A stretch of DNA of 62,267 nt, the filler included, from Nitrospirae bacterium CG2_30_53_67 (lineage in GTDB: Bacteria > CG2-30-53-67), in assembly GCA_001873285.1 (NCBI GenBank). It is 5 parts of 5 records of this genome, joined end to end, with 100 filler letters (N's around TTAATTAATTAA, not from the genome) between each part and the next. Parts side by side here need not be neighbours in the genome. Positions count along the whole stretch, not along the records: positions 27,389 to 38,973 come from MNYV01000143.1; 4 more parts are not named here. One strand, written 5' to 3'. The stretch's first letter is position 1. Every line of letters starts with the position of its first letter. A model generated the notes under the pieces. It did not search any database, was not told the DNA's origin, and worked only from the letters and a program-made list of their open reading frames with translations. Positions 28,646-38,144 of the stretch are shown piece by piece. Both the position numbers and the translations under genes were made by a program.

Positions 28646-29014
28646 TCACCTCTCATGCCGGTCCGGAAAACTCTCCTTGTATTCCGAATATTTCAGCGCT
28701 TTCCCCCGGACACGTTCCTTGGGATATTTCAGGGCATTCTTGTCCACCTTCCGATGGGCGGCATCTACCAGATCAATGCCGAGTTTCCTCGAAAGTTGAA
28801 CGAGATAGATCAAAACATCCCCTAATTCATCCCGGATCTCGGCTCGCTTCTCATCGGGGAGTTCCATACTCTCAGCCTCAGTGAGCCACTGGAAATGTTC
28901 TACAACCTCAGCAGCCTCAACCGACAGGGCCATGGCAAGATTCTTGGGAGAATGGAAACGATCCCAGTCTCTCTCCTCGACAAACTGCTGGATTTTCTGC
29001 GCCAGATCTTTCAT
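28646..29014 (-). CDS. MazG-like nucleotide pyrophosphohydrolase
   Basis: ERDW..FHSPKNLAMAL.VE..E, ELGDVL.YL, KYP. Confidence 0.92.
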   Translation of the reverse strand: MKDLAQKIQQFVEERDWDRFHSPKNLAMALSVEAAEVVEHFQWLTEAESMELPDEKRAEIRDELGDVLIYLVQLSRKLGIDLVDAAHRKVDKNALKYPKERVRGKALKYSEYKESFPDRHER

Positions 29015-29254
29015 CCCGATCTCCTCATCATTTCAGTAAAAGCCTGTTTTTTCATCCACTTATGACCGGTCTCACGCAGGCTATCATAACGGCGGCCTTT
29101 ACGCAAAATAAAAACCATGCTAACCTGAATATATGATTTAAAGTTTTTCAGCCGGATTGACGATAAGAGCGCTGAGGGTGTACGATTCTTCATATTCGAC
29201 ATGCATCCGGTAAAAGACAACGACGGGAGTGCCCGTCCGAAAAGAGAGCGTTAA

Positions 29255-29707
29255 ATGGAGTTCAGTCTTAGCAAACTGGTGCGATATCTGATCCGAAAAG
29301 CCAGACTCGTCAGGAAGGATACCGGAGCTGTCGTGGAAGTTGACGTGGAAGCCCCGGTCATGGTTCCCAAGGTCTGCGTGGTACGGGCCCTGGTGGACCG
29401 GATGATCCCCGGCCAGCAGATCATTCTGAGGAGCACGGATCTCGAGATGCCTTGGGAGATGCAGCATTTCTGTAACATGTTAGGACATGAACTGATGGAC
29501 GTGGGCAGGGAAGACGACACCTACTTCTTCACCCTCAGGGTGCGGGGAGATGAGGACCGGCTCCCCTCGCAGGATCCTTTCCAGCTTGACCTCAGCCCGC
29601 AAAGCATGATCCGGACCGTGGATATCACCCCGAACAGGGAACCCTGGAGGCTTCAGGGATCCTCACGGCTGCTGCCGGCCTCCCGGCCTGCGCTCAAAGC
29701 AAAGTGA
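29255..29707 (+). CDS. TusA/SirA-like domain protein
   Basis: PGQ.I...STD.....FC...GHEL.......YFF. Confidence 0.55.
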   Translation: MEFSLSKLVRYLIRKARLVRKDTGAVVEVDVEAPVMVPKVCVVRALVDRMIPGQQIILRSTDLEMPWEMQHFCNMLGHELMDVGREDDTYFFTLRVRGDEDRLPSQDPFQLDLSPQSMIRTVDITPNREPWRLQGSSRLLPASRPALKAK

Positions 29708-29838
29708 CGTCATCTCCAAACCTGCTGTGCAGAAAATTACTGATTCCGTTCCCATAGAATCTCTTACCCATACTTTCCACATCCAATAAAAACTTGACTT
29801 TTGATGATGCAATCATCAAAATTTGGGATATTCAATAA

Positions 29839-30921
29839 TCATGCCAGCTTACGCACCGCCTTTTTCATGGCCTGGATCAGGAGGAGGTTTTCCTCGTGCA
29901 TCCGTACGGCCACGCGGAAAAAAACGGGACCGAGGCCTGGGAATGAGGCGCAGTTGCGCACCAGGATCCCGGACCGGAGCAGGGACTCAAAGAGACGTTC
30001 CGGTTCGGGGAGGGGAGGGGAGGTCTCAATGAGCAGAAAGTTTGCTTGTGAAGGGAAGACCCGGACACCGGGGATGCCGCCCAGTTCATGAATCAGATAA
30101 TCCCTTTGCTCGCGGACCAGGGCGACCGCAGCCTGGCGGTACGCTTCATCGCTGAGTGCGGCGATTGCGGCCGCCTGGGAGAGGCGATTGACCGTCCAAG
30201 GTTCCTGGTGGATCCTGATCCTCTCCATGAGAGGTTCAGAACCGTACAAGGCGCCCGATCTGAGACCCGGTATCCCATAAAACTTGGTCAACGAACGGAG
30301 GACCAGGAGATTCTCGTATTCAGTCACCCGGAACCGGAACGACTCGCCCAGGACAAAGTCCATGAACGCCTCGTCAATCACAAGGGTGACCTTTGAGTCT
30401 CCGGACGCGGAAAGGATCTTTTTCATCTCACCGCAAGGAACCAAGCCGCCGGTAGGGTTGTTGGGATTGCAGATCAGGACCAGGTCCACATCCTTCTGCA
30501 TCTGCTGGATGAACCGGTCCGTATCGAGGGCGAACGCCTCTTCCTTGCGGAGGGGAAAATGAACCACGGCAGACCCGGCCAAGGAAAGGGCACTCTCATA
30601 GTCCGAATAGGAGGGCATGGGGATCAGCGCCCTCTTGGGGCGGAGCACCCTTGGGATCAGATAGATGAATTCGGTGCTCCCGTTCCCCGCAAGGATATTC
30701 TCAGGCGGGATGCGGTCCCTTGAAGATAGAGTCTCCCTCAGGGTCATCGCATCGGTTTCCGGGTATTGCACCAGCCGGTCCATCTCCTGCAGGACGGCCT
30801 TGATCGCTGTTTTGGGCGTACCCAGGGGATTGATATTCGATGAAAAATCGAGGATCTCCTTCTCCGGGACACCGTACCGCCTCGATATCTCTCTGAGATT
30901 TCCCCCGTGTTTTTGCTGCAT
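29839..30921 (-). CDS. cobD: Threonine-phosphate decarboxylase
   Basis: HGGN, DFSSNINPLG, CNPNNPTG, DEAFMDF, SLTKFYGIPGLR. Confidence 0.92.
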   Translation of the reverse strand: MQQKHGGNLREISRRYGVPEKEILDFSSNINPLGTPKTAIKAVLQEMDRLVQYPETDAMTLRETLSSRDRIPPENILAGNGSTEFIYLIPRVLRPKRALIPMPSYSDYESALSLAGSAVVHFPLRKEEAFALDTDRFIQQMQKDVDLVLICNPNNPTGGLVPCGEMKKILSASGDSKVTLVIDEAFMDFVLGESFRFRVTEYENLLVLRSLTKFYGIPGLRSGALYGSEPLMERIRIHQEPWTVNRLSQAAAIAALSDEAYRQAAVALVREQRDYLIHELGGIPGVRVFPSQANFLLIETSPPLPEPERLFESLLRSGILVRNCASFPGLGPVFFRVAVRMHEENLLLIQAMKKAVRKLA

Positions 30922-30957
30922 GATGCCAACACCCCCTATTTTAAACAACCGGCCATA

Positions 30958-31914
30958 TTAGTGAGAAAGAAGGAACCGGATGAAAACCGAGAAAGCGATC
31001 ATTAACAAAGAGCTCGCATACATCAGGGAGACGGCCTCCCGGATACACTTCACGTGGAGTGGCCTTTTGGGGTCGCCGAGATGAAGCTTCGGCCTCGCCG
31101 CCCCCATGTAGACATTCGTACCGCCGAGCTGCACGCCCAGCGCACCGGCTGCAGCCGCCTCGGGAATCCCCGCATTGGGGCTGTCGTGTTTTCTCCCATC
31201 CCGCCGCATGATCCGCAAAGCCCCCGGCGCCGAGAGATTCAAGAAAAGGGAGCCCAGTACCATGAGCAGGCCCGTGATCCTGGCTGGAATAAAGTTCGCA
31301 AAGTCATCAAACCGAGCTGGAAACCACCCGAGATCCCGGAAATGTTCGTGCTTGTATCCCAGCATGGAATCCAGCGTGCTGACGGCCTTGTAGGCCATGG
31401 CCGCGGGCGGCCCTCCGATGAGCAGATAAAAAAGAGGGGCGATGACCCCATCCGAGGTGTTCTCGCTCACAGTCTCGACCGCAGCGCGGATGATCTCCTG
31501 CTCCGTAAGATCCTGCGTCTCTCTCCCTACGATCCCGGAGAGGAACCTGCGGGCCTCCTCTATGCGGCCTTGTTCCAGACATCTTTTGACCCTGTCTGCC
31601 TCCTGGTGCAGGCTTCTTGCAGACAGAGTGGTGTAGGCCAGAAATACGGCAACTCCCCATCCCAGAACAGGGTGAATCCCGGCGGCCCCGTGTATCAGCA
31701 GGAGGCTCAGCCCGTAACACAGAAAAACCAGAAACAGTGTGATCATGATACCGGCCAGGCGTCTCCCTTGCGATGAATGCGTAATGCTTCGTGCAAAACC
31801 TTCCAGTCCGGCGATGAGCCTCCCCATCAGGACCACGGGGTGCGGGAACCCCTCTGGATCGCCGAAGATCAGGTCCAGGAAGCAGGCAGCAATCAGAGCC
31901 AAAGGCGTCATCAT
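30958..31914 (-). CDS. cbiB: Adenosylcobinamide-phosphate synthase
   Basis: GDP..HPV, ETVSENTSDG, YKA..TLDSM.GY, SPNAG.PEA. Confidence 0.95.
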   Translation of the reverse strand: MMTPLALIAACFLDLIFGDPEGFPHPVVLMGRLIAGLEGFARSITHSSQGRRLAGIMITLFLVFLCYGLSLLLIHGAAGIHPVLGWGVAVFLAYTTLSARSLHQEADRVKRCLEQGRIEEARRFLSGIVGRETQDLTEQEIIRAAVETVSENTSDGVIAPLFYLLIGGPPAAMAYKAVSTLDSMLGYKHEHFRDLGWFPARFDDFANFIPARITGLLMVLGSLFLNLSAPGALRIMRRDGRKHDSPNAGIPEAAAAGALGVQLGGTNVYMGAARPKLHLGDPKRPLHVKCIREAVSLMYASSLLMIAFSVFIRFLLSH

Positions 31915-31921
31915 TCAATTC

Positions 31922-33109
31922 CTAATTGCCGGCATGAACATCTATCAGGCGCTTGAATATCAGCGTATCGATTCTGTCGATTATCGACTTGAAGAGTCCT
32001 CCGTAGCTCTTGCGATCCGAGAACATCCTGGAACGCAGGGCCTTTATCTCACTGTCGGAGGTCTTTGAGAAGGTGATCGCCTCCCCTCGCTGGAGTACCT
32101 GCCTTTCAAGTTTGAGAAGCCTCCCCGCCTTTGATACAAAATCCCTCACGTCCTCTGCAAGACCACCGGGCTCATCAGTTCCCTCCCCATAGAGCACAGC
32201 GAGTTCCCTGACCATCCTAAAAAGTGTGTAATATTCCCAACCCCTTATCCCCCTTCGCCATTGTATAAAGGGGCTTCTCTCAAACCAGAGGAAGTTCCGC
32301 TTCCCGAACTTGAAGAGATCCTCCACAGCGTTATAAAGCGCTCCCGCAGGGGGAGTATCTTTGAGGACACGCGGGACACCTAAGGCAAGCCCGAGATGCT
32401 TCCAGAGGTTCCTGAGCGCCAGCTCCCCGTTTTCGTCGCCGGGGGTATCGAAGTGCAGGAGCGAAGCGAAAACTTTCCCTCTGCCATAGAGACCTTCGAC
32501 CACAAGCGGGTCGCCCTCCATCCTTTCGGGATTCAGGTTTATGCCATATGCCTTCTCAATGGTCTCCCATCCGCAGGACTTCATATCTCCGACGTTGAGG
32601 TCGGAACTGAAGGCATCGTCTGAAGCTTGCTCGAACGAGGCCAGGGTCCTCATTCCGCCCTCCTTTATAACGAATTGGGATGGCCACCAGATTGTGAATA
32701 AGGGCTCTTTCAAGCCCTCCCAGAGGGCATGGCCTTCTGTCTTTATCTGTATACGGCCTGAGAGGCTGGGTACCCTCTGCTTCAGAGGCTTTCTCCGTAT
32801 GTCCAGAAGTCCGAGCCCCTCGGCTGTTGCAAGTCCGGCGCCACCGCATATCCCGATGTATGAGCCGCCGGAAGCTACAAATCTCCTTATGCCTTCCGCC
32901 CCATCCCTGCCCAAGGCCCTCATTTTGTTAGAGGCCCATCCTCCGGGGACGAAGAGCGCCTTAAACTCATCAAGCCTTCCGGCCCTTATTTCCTCGGAGC
33001 TGACAAGGGAAAACCCGGCCCCGAGACATCGCAGGCTCTTGTAGGATACCAGTGCCCAGAGAAAGGACTCGTCCCAGAAAAGCGCCGTATCAGAACTCAT
33101 ATCAGCCAT
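31922..33109 (-). CDS. Class I glutamine-amidotransferase-like (BPL_N-type) protein
   Basis: VPGG...FV..GG.YIGICGGA nucleophile elbow. Confidence 0.65.
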   Translation of the reverse strand: MADMSSDTALFWDESFLWALVSYKSLRCLGAGFSLVSSEEIRAGRLDEFKALFVPGGWASNKMRALGRDGAEGIRRFVASGGSYIGICGGAGLATAEGLGLLDIRRKPLKQRVPSLSGRIQIKTEGHALWEGLKEPLFTIWWPSQFVIKEGGMRTLASFEQASDDAFSSDLNVGDMKSCGWETIEKAYGINLNPERMEGDPLVVEGLYGRGKVFASLLHFDTPGDENGELALRNLWKHLGLALGVPRVLKDTPPAGALYNAVEDLFKFGKRNFLWFERSPFIQWRRGIRGWEYYTLFRMVRELAVLYGEGTDEPGGLAEDVRDFVSKAGRLLKLERQVLQRGEAITFSKTSDSEIKALRSRMFSDRKSYGGLFKSIIDRIDTLIFKRLIDVHAGN

Positions 33110-33115
33110 GACAAA

Positions 33116-34615
33116 CTATCCCAATCCAGCCGCTTGCAAGATGGCATCCATATCCACATACTCCCGGAAGAGGCCGGCCAGACGAGCAAACTCACGGGAT
33201 TTCAACTCATGATAATCGGTCAGTTCGCTGCTGCATGCGTGGTGGTCTTTCCGGATCGAATCCAAAAGCCGCCGTCGGATGGGAGCATTTTCGAATATAC
33301 CGTGGATATAGGTCCCCCAGACATTCCCCTTCGAACTCTGTGCCCCATCCTCCTCATCCACTGACCGGCCATTCCTCTTGGTGATGCGAAACATGCCCGA
33401 ACATCCATTCAAACGAATGCTCTTCCCCATATGAATCTCATATCCGGTCAGATTCGGGAGACCATCCATGGACACAGCTTGGACTTGAGCCGTAACTTTT
33501 CCCCATGCCAGAACGGTCTCCACAGGAAGAAGCCCAAGACCGGCTTCTGCACTCTTTGCGCTCTCCACTCCATGAGGATCTTCAATGGTCTTACCGAGCA
33601 TCTGAAAACCGCCGCAGAGACCGATGACCTGGCCCCCGTTATTTGAATAATCACAGATCGCATGGGCCATACCCGTCTCTTTCAAATATCGGAGATCCCC
33701 GATCGTATCTTTGCTCCCCGGGATGATCACCACATCCAGTCCACGAATGGTTTCCTTGTCATCGACATAGATGACGTCCATGCCCGGATCTCCTTCCAGG
33801 GGATCCAGGTCCGTGTAGTTGGATAGGCGAGGCAGTCTGACCACCCCGACACGGACCTTACCATCCGGTTCCATGCTTCTGCTCCTTTTCTCCGACAGGG
33901 CCACACTGTCTTCCTGTTCGATACGGAGATCTCTTATGTAAGGGAGCACACCGAACACGGGTTTCCCGGTCCGCTCCTCTATTTGCTTCAACCCCGGAGC
34001 GAGAAGACTCCGATCACCGCGGAACTTATTGATGAGAAACCCTCTGACCCGTTCTCTTTGTTGATCCTTCAGCAGGGCCATGGTCCCGATCAAAGAAGCA
34101 AAAACCCCGCCCCGGTCAATATCAGAAACCAGGATCACCGGGGCGTCGGCCAATTCGGCCATCCGCATGTTAACAATATCCTGCTCAGCGAGATTGATCT
34201 CGGCAGGACTGCCCGCCCCTTCCAGAACAATCAGATCGAACCGCTCACAGAGGGATTCATAAGCCTCCCGAATGACATCGAGAGCCCTCTCCTTCATGGC
34301 ATAATATTCCCGTGCCTTTGCGTTCCCCACAGGTCTCCCCATAAAAATGACCTGCGAACCTAAATCCGTGGTCGGTTTCAAGAGGATCGGGTTCATCTCC
34401 ACACAGGGATCGATCCTTGCAGCCTCGGCTTGCACAGCCTGAGCCCTTCCGATCTCTTTGCCGTCTTTGGTGATAAAAGAGTTCAAGGCCATATTCTGGG
34501 CCTTAAAAGGAGCGACCTTCACTCCCATGTCCGAAAAGATCCGACAAAGGGCCGTCACCACAATGCTCTTCCCCACATGGGAAGCCGTCCCCTGGATCAT
34601 GATGGATTTACACAC
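33116..34615 (-). CDS. cobQ: Cobyric acid synthase
   Basis: QGTAS.VGKS, PFKAQNMALNS, EGAGSPAEINL, GLCGGFQMLG, GTYIHG. Confidence 0.96.
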   Translation of the reverse strand: MCKSIMIQGTASHVGKSIVVTALCRIFSDMGVKVAPFKAQNMALNSFITKDGKEIGRAQAVQAEAARIDPCVEMNPILLKPTTDLGSQVIFMGRPVGNAKAREYYAMKERALDVIREAYESLCERFDLIVLEGAGSPAEINLAEQDIVNMRMAELADAPVILVSDIDRGGVFASLIGTMALLKDQQRERVRGFLINKFRGDRSLLAPGLKQIEERTGKPVFGVLPYIRDLRIEQEDSVALSEKRSRSMEPDGKVRVGVVRLPRLSNYTDLDPLEGDPGMDVIYVDDKETIRGLDVVIIPGSKDTIGDLRYLKETGMAHAICDYSNNGGQVIGLCGGFQMLGKTIEDPHGVESAKSAEAGLGLLPVETVLAWGKVTAQVQAVSMDGLPNLTGYEIHMGKSIRLNGCSGMFRITKRNGRSVDEEDGAQSSKGNVWGTYIHGIFENAPIRRRLLDSIRKDHHACSSELTDYHELKSREFARLAGLFREYVDMDAILQAAGLG

Positions 34616-34694
34616 TGGTTTTCCCTTATATTCTGTCCCCTGATTTTTTGTCTACCGCCTACTGTCTACTGATTGATCTGTCTTCTGTCGTCCG

Positions 34695-35453
34695 TCATCT
34701 GCCTTCTGTCCGATACCCCCGACTCGTAACCAAAACCTCTCCGAACTTTTTGGTGTCCGAGTTTCCGATGATCACGGTGGTCAGCATATCGATCTCGTGA
34801 TCGAGCATATGGTCGAGGTCTGCGATCACGATCCTGCTCTCTCCCCGCAGGGCCGAGCGCACCAGGCCTACCGGGACATCCCCGCTTCTTGACTCTCGAA
34901 TAATCTTCCGGGCCTCAACAATTTGTTCTGTTCTTCCCTTGCTCTTGGGATTGATCAAGACAATCACAAAATCACCTTGGGCTGCGGCATGAAGTCTCTT
35001 TTGGATGGTCTCCCAATCCGTTAACAGATCACTGAGAGAGATCACGGCATAATCGTTCATAAGAGGCGCGCCCAGAAGGCTCGCCGCGGCCTGCCCGGCC
35101 GTGACCCCTGGGACCACCTCCAGGTAGATCTTGGACCGCGGATAATCCCGTTGCAGGTCATGGATCATCTCCAGCGCCGGTCCGGCCATACCGTAGACCC
35201 CGGCGTCCCCACTCGAGATCAATGCCACCCTGCGCCCGAAAAAAGTCTCCCGCACCGCCTCCTCGCACCGTTTGATCTCACTCCTCATCCCCGATTCCCG
35301 GAACTCTTTCCCGGGAAATGCATTGGAGAGGAGGCGCAGATAGGTCCGGTACCCGACAATCACCTCGCACTCGTCCAGGACCTCCCTGGCTCGGCCGGTC
35401 ATCTGGTCCAGGTCTCCGGGTCCGATCCCTACGAGGTAGAGGCGCCCCTTGAC
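34695..35453 (-). CDS. cbiH: Cobalt-precorrin-3B C17-methyltransferase domain (probably fused to CbiG)
   Basis: LYLVGIGPG, SSGDAGVYGMAG, ISLSDLLT; no canonical start at the domain N-terminus. Confidence 0.9.
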   Translation of the reverse strand, partial: VKGRLYLVGIGPGDLDQMTGRAREVLDECEVIVGYRTYLRLLSNAFPGKEFRESGMRSEIKRCEEAVRETFFGRRVALISSGDAGVYGMAGPALEMIHDLQRDYPRSKIYLEVVPGVTAGQAAASLLGAPLMNDYAVISLSDLLTDWETIQKRLHAAAQGDFVIVLINPKSKGRTEQIVEARKIIRESRSGDVPVGLVRSALRGESRIVIADLDHMLDHEIDMLTTVIIGNSDTKKFGEVLVTSRGYRTEGR

Positions 35454-36502
35454 TCGGCCAGCGCCGCCGTCACATTGCCGGATACGGCCTTCGAAATCAC
35501 AAGTGAATCCGCGCCTGCGCCTTTCATGGCCGCCTGTTCGCATACCCCTTTTACCCCCAATTCCTTCTCTGCCCATACCGAAGGGCCCGAGCCGTCCGGC
35601 ATGGCATTGAGTTCATCTCTGGTATAGAAGACCAGAGGAACGCCGAGCTTCGCCGCAAAATTCAGGAGCCCGGCCTCATCCTTTTTCACATCGATGGTGG
35701 CGATCCGCCCCACGGACTGCAGGGCAAATCCCTCCCGTTTCAGGAGCTCCGTAACCACCTCATGGATCTCCGTCCCGGAGGTCCCCCGGTTGCACCCGAT
35801 CCCCAGGACCAGGTTCCTCGGCCGGAGGATGAGGGTCCCGGGGTCCTGTTCCACTTGCCTGATCCTCCGGCTGCTGACGATGATTCGGGCTTCACATGAC
35901 GAACCAAGAAGCCCCTCCAGGGTATCAAAAGAGACCCACGAGCCGTCCGCATCCCCAATCCACGGAACCCCCTCCCTGAAGATCCCCACACATAAACCGT
36001 TTACAAGAGAGGCGTTGATCTTCTTGACGGCCTCAGGATTTTCGACCGCAAGGCCCATCTCCCCGGCCCAGAGTTCCACAGCCGGAAAACCGGAGAGGTC
36101 CGTGGCCGTGGTAATCACGGGATCGGCCCCGATGGCTTGCGCGGCCTTCCTGCAGAGGGCATTGGCTCCACCGACATGCCCGGATACGAGGCTGATGACA
36201 TGCTCTCCCTTCTCGTCGATGACCAGGACCGCCGGATCCGTGCGCTTGTCCTCAAGCAGGGGAGCAATCACTCGTACCACGATCCCGGCGGCCATGACAA
36301 AAATCATCGAGCGGTACCGGCCCCAGATCCTTGCGACCAGATCCGAAAGCGGCGGATCAAAGGGGATGAGGTTCTCACCTTCCCCTGCAAGGTTTGAGAG
36401 CGTATAACCATGGCATGCGGGAAGTGCTTCGCATAGACGTTTCCCGATCTCCCTGCCGTTCCTGGTCACGGACAATACGGCTATGTCAGCTTCAGTTTTC
36501 AT
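35429..36502 (-). CDS. cbiG: Cobalt-precorrin-5A hydrolase
   Basis: GIVVR.IAPL..DK..DPAV, SGHVGGAN, VITTATD, GIGCNRG, GVCE. Confidence 0.92.
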   Translation of the reverse strand: MKTEADIAVLSVTRNGREIGKRLCEALPACHGYTLSNLAGEGENLIPFDPPLSDLVARIWGRYRSMIFVMAAGIVVRVIAPLLEDKRTDPAVLVIDEKGEHVISLVSGHVGGANALCRKAAQAIGADPVITTATDLSGFPAVELWAGEMGLAVENPEAVKKINASLVNGLCVGIFREGVPWIGDADGSWVSFDTLEGLLGSSCEARIIVSSRRIRQVEQDPGTLILRPRNLVLGIGCNRGTSGTEIHEVVTELLKREGFALQSVGRIATIDVKKDEAGLLNFAAKLGVPLVFYTRDELNAMPDGSGPSVWAEKELGVKGVCEQAAMKGAGADSLVISKAVSGNVTAALAESRGASTS

Positions 36503-37280
36503 CTTCTCCCTGGGCCTCCCGGTACCCGTGTGAAAAGTCTTCATCATAGAGCAGGGACCGGGGTGCGCTCTCCATGGAGCGGAGGATCGGATCCAGGACG
36601 TCTCCCACAATGATCAGGGCCTGGCGTTTGATCCCCTCCCGCTCCGTCTGCCCTGCGATCTCCGAGAGTTCCCCCCGGAGGATCTTCTGGTCCGGCCACG
36701 TGGCTCGATAGACCACGGCCGCCGGCGTATCCCCTCGGTAATGCTCCATGAGTTCCGAAACCACCTCCCGGATCATCCCCATACTGAGGAAGATCACCAT
36801 GGTGGCGTTGTGGCTTGCGAGCAGGGAAAGGCGCTCTTTCTGAGGGACCGGCGTCCTCCCGCCCCGCCTCGTCAGGATCACGGTCTGGGAGATGTTGGGA
36901 AGAGTCAGTTCCTGGCGCAGGGCCGCTGCGGCCGCTGACCATGAACTCACCCCGGGCACCATATCAAAGGAGATCCGGTATTTCTCCAGTTCCACCATCT
37001 GCTCGAAGATCGCTCCATAGATGGACGGGTCCCCGGAATGGATGCGGACCACCTGGCGCCCTTGTAGCGCATCGGCCACCATGGCCTTGATGATCTCTTC
37101 GAGGGTCATCTTAGCGGTGTCTTGGATCCTGGCCCCCTCTTTGGCCCATTTCAGGATGTCGGGATTGACGAGTGAGCCCGCATAGAGGATGGTATCCGCT
37201 TCAGAGATCAGCCGCCTGGCCCGCAGGGTCAGGAGTTCCGGGTCTCCGGGCCCGGCCCCCACAAAATAGACCTTAGACAT
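36492..37280 (-). CDS. cbiF: Cobalt-precorrin-4 C11-methyltransferase
   Basis: VGAGPGDPELLT, YAGSLV, HSGDPSIYGA, SQTVILTR. Confidence 0.95.
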   Translation of the reverse strand: MSKVYFVGAGPGDPELLTLRARRLISEADTILYAGSLVNPDILKWAKEGARIQDTAKMTLEEIIKAMVADALQGRQVVRIHSGDPSIYGAIFEQMVELEKYRISFDMVPGVSSWSAAAAALRQELTLPNISQTVILTRRGGRTPVPQKERLSLLASHNATMVIFLSMGMIREVVSELMEHYRGDTPAAVVYRATWPDQKILRGELSEIAGQTEREGIKRQALIIVGDVLDPILRSMESAPRSLLYDEDFSHGYREAQGEDEN

Positions 37281-37327
37281 TCGTCAATCCCCCTCATCTC
37301 TCGCCCACTACACAGTGGTAAACTCTC

Positions 37328-37365
37328 TGCCACAGAGCCCACAGAGCTCTGTGTTCTCTGTGGCA
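37328..37365. repeat. Loopless palindrome of CACAGAG units
   Basis: TGCCACAGAG-CC-CACAGAG|CTCTGTG-TT-CTCTGTGGCA. Confidence 0.75.
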
Positions 37366-37374
37366 ATAGGTTTT

Positions 37375-38097
37375 TCATTCGTGTTGAGATGTCACGATCA
37401 AGGTGGAAAGGTAGTCCACTTGATCAGGATTTACTGCCGAAAGGTCCCGGTAAATCTTCTCCTCCGGGGTCCCGCACCGGGAGACCAGGACGGCCCGGTC
37501 CATCATCCCCATCTCCCTGAGAAGTTCGATCACTTCTCCAAGCACACGGTGGACCTTGATCAGGACCACGGTCTCGTACTTCTCCAGCGCCTCACGGATC
37601 TCGTCCATTCTGTAAGTCGCAGGGAGGATCAGGACACGTCCTCCGGTACGGGCCAGGGGGACTTGGGCCGCCGCCGCCGAGGCCGTGATCGAACTGACCC
37701 CCGGGATGATCTTGCAGGTCACATCCGGATGCTGCTTCTGCATCCGGCCGAGGACATACCCAAAGGTGCTGTAAAGCAGGGGATCGCCCAGAGTAAGAAA
37801 TGCCGCGTCGCTGCCTTTGGAAAGGACATGATAAATCTTTTCCACGGCATCCATCCATACTTTTTCCAAAACCTCGGGTTCCCTCTTCATGGGAAAGGAA
37901 AGGAATTCTACCTTCTGCCACGCCGGATTTAAAATCTTCTTCACGACTTCGAATGCGTGGCTCCCCGAATCGGATCTCGCCTCCGGGCAAAAGATGACCG
38001 GCACCTGCTGAAGGATCCGGGCTCCCTTGAGGGTCAGAAGTTCCGGATCCCCCGGCCCCACGCCGATACCGTAAAATGTCCTTTGAAGTTTAGACAT
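37375..38097 (-). CDS. cbiL: Cobalt-precorrin-2 C20-methyltransferase
   Basis: GIGVGPGDPELLTLK, FPM, TLGDPLLYSTF, YLS.LIV. Confidence 0.93.
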   Translation of the reverse strand: MSKLQRTFYGIGVGPGDPELLTLKGARILQQVPVIFCPEARSDSGSHAFEVVKKILNPAWQKVEFLSFPMKREPEVLEKVWMDAVEKIYHVLSKGSDAAFLTLGDPLLYSTFGYVLGRMQKQHPDVTCKIIPGVSSITASAAAAQVPLARTGGRVLILPATYRMDEIREALEKYETVVLIKVHRVLGEVIELLREMGMMDRAVLVSRCGTPEEKIYRDLSAVNPDQVDYLSTLIVTSQHE

Positions 38098-38144
38098 GTT
38101 CTTCCATATAATTTTTTATTTATAATAAATTATTCTTTTCCGCT

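Noticed and set aside
29011..29220. 69-aa ORF upstream of the MazG-like gene
   Set aside because: No RBS or motif recognised; probably a divergent promoter region
35454..35576. 41-aa N-terminal extension of CbiH in the ORF track
   Set aside because: Out-of-frame reading of the cbiG 3' end
38098..38144. Cobalamin riboswitch in the cob operon
   Set aside because: Intergenic gaps are too short and the operon 5' end lies in or beyond the gap
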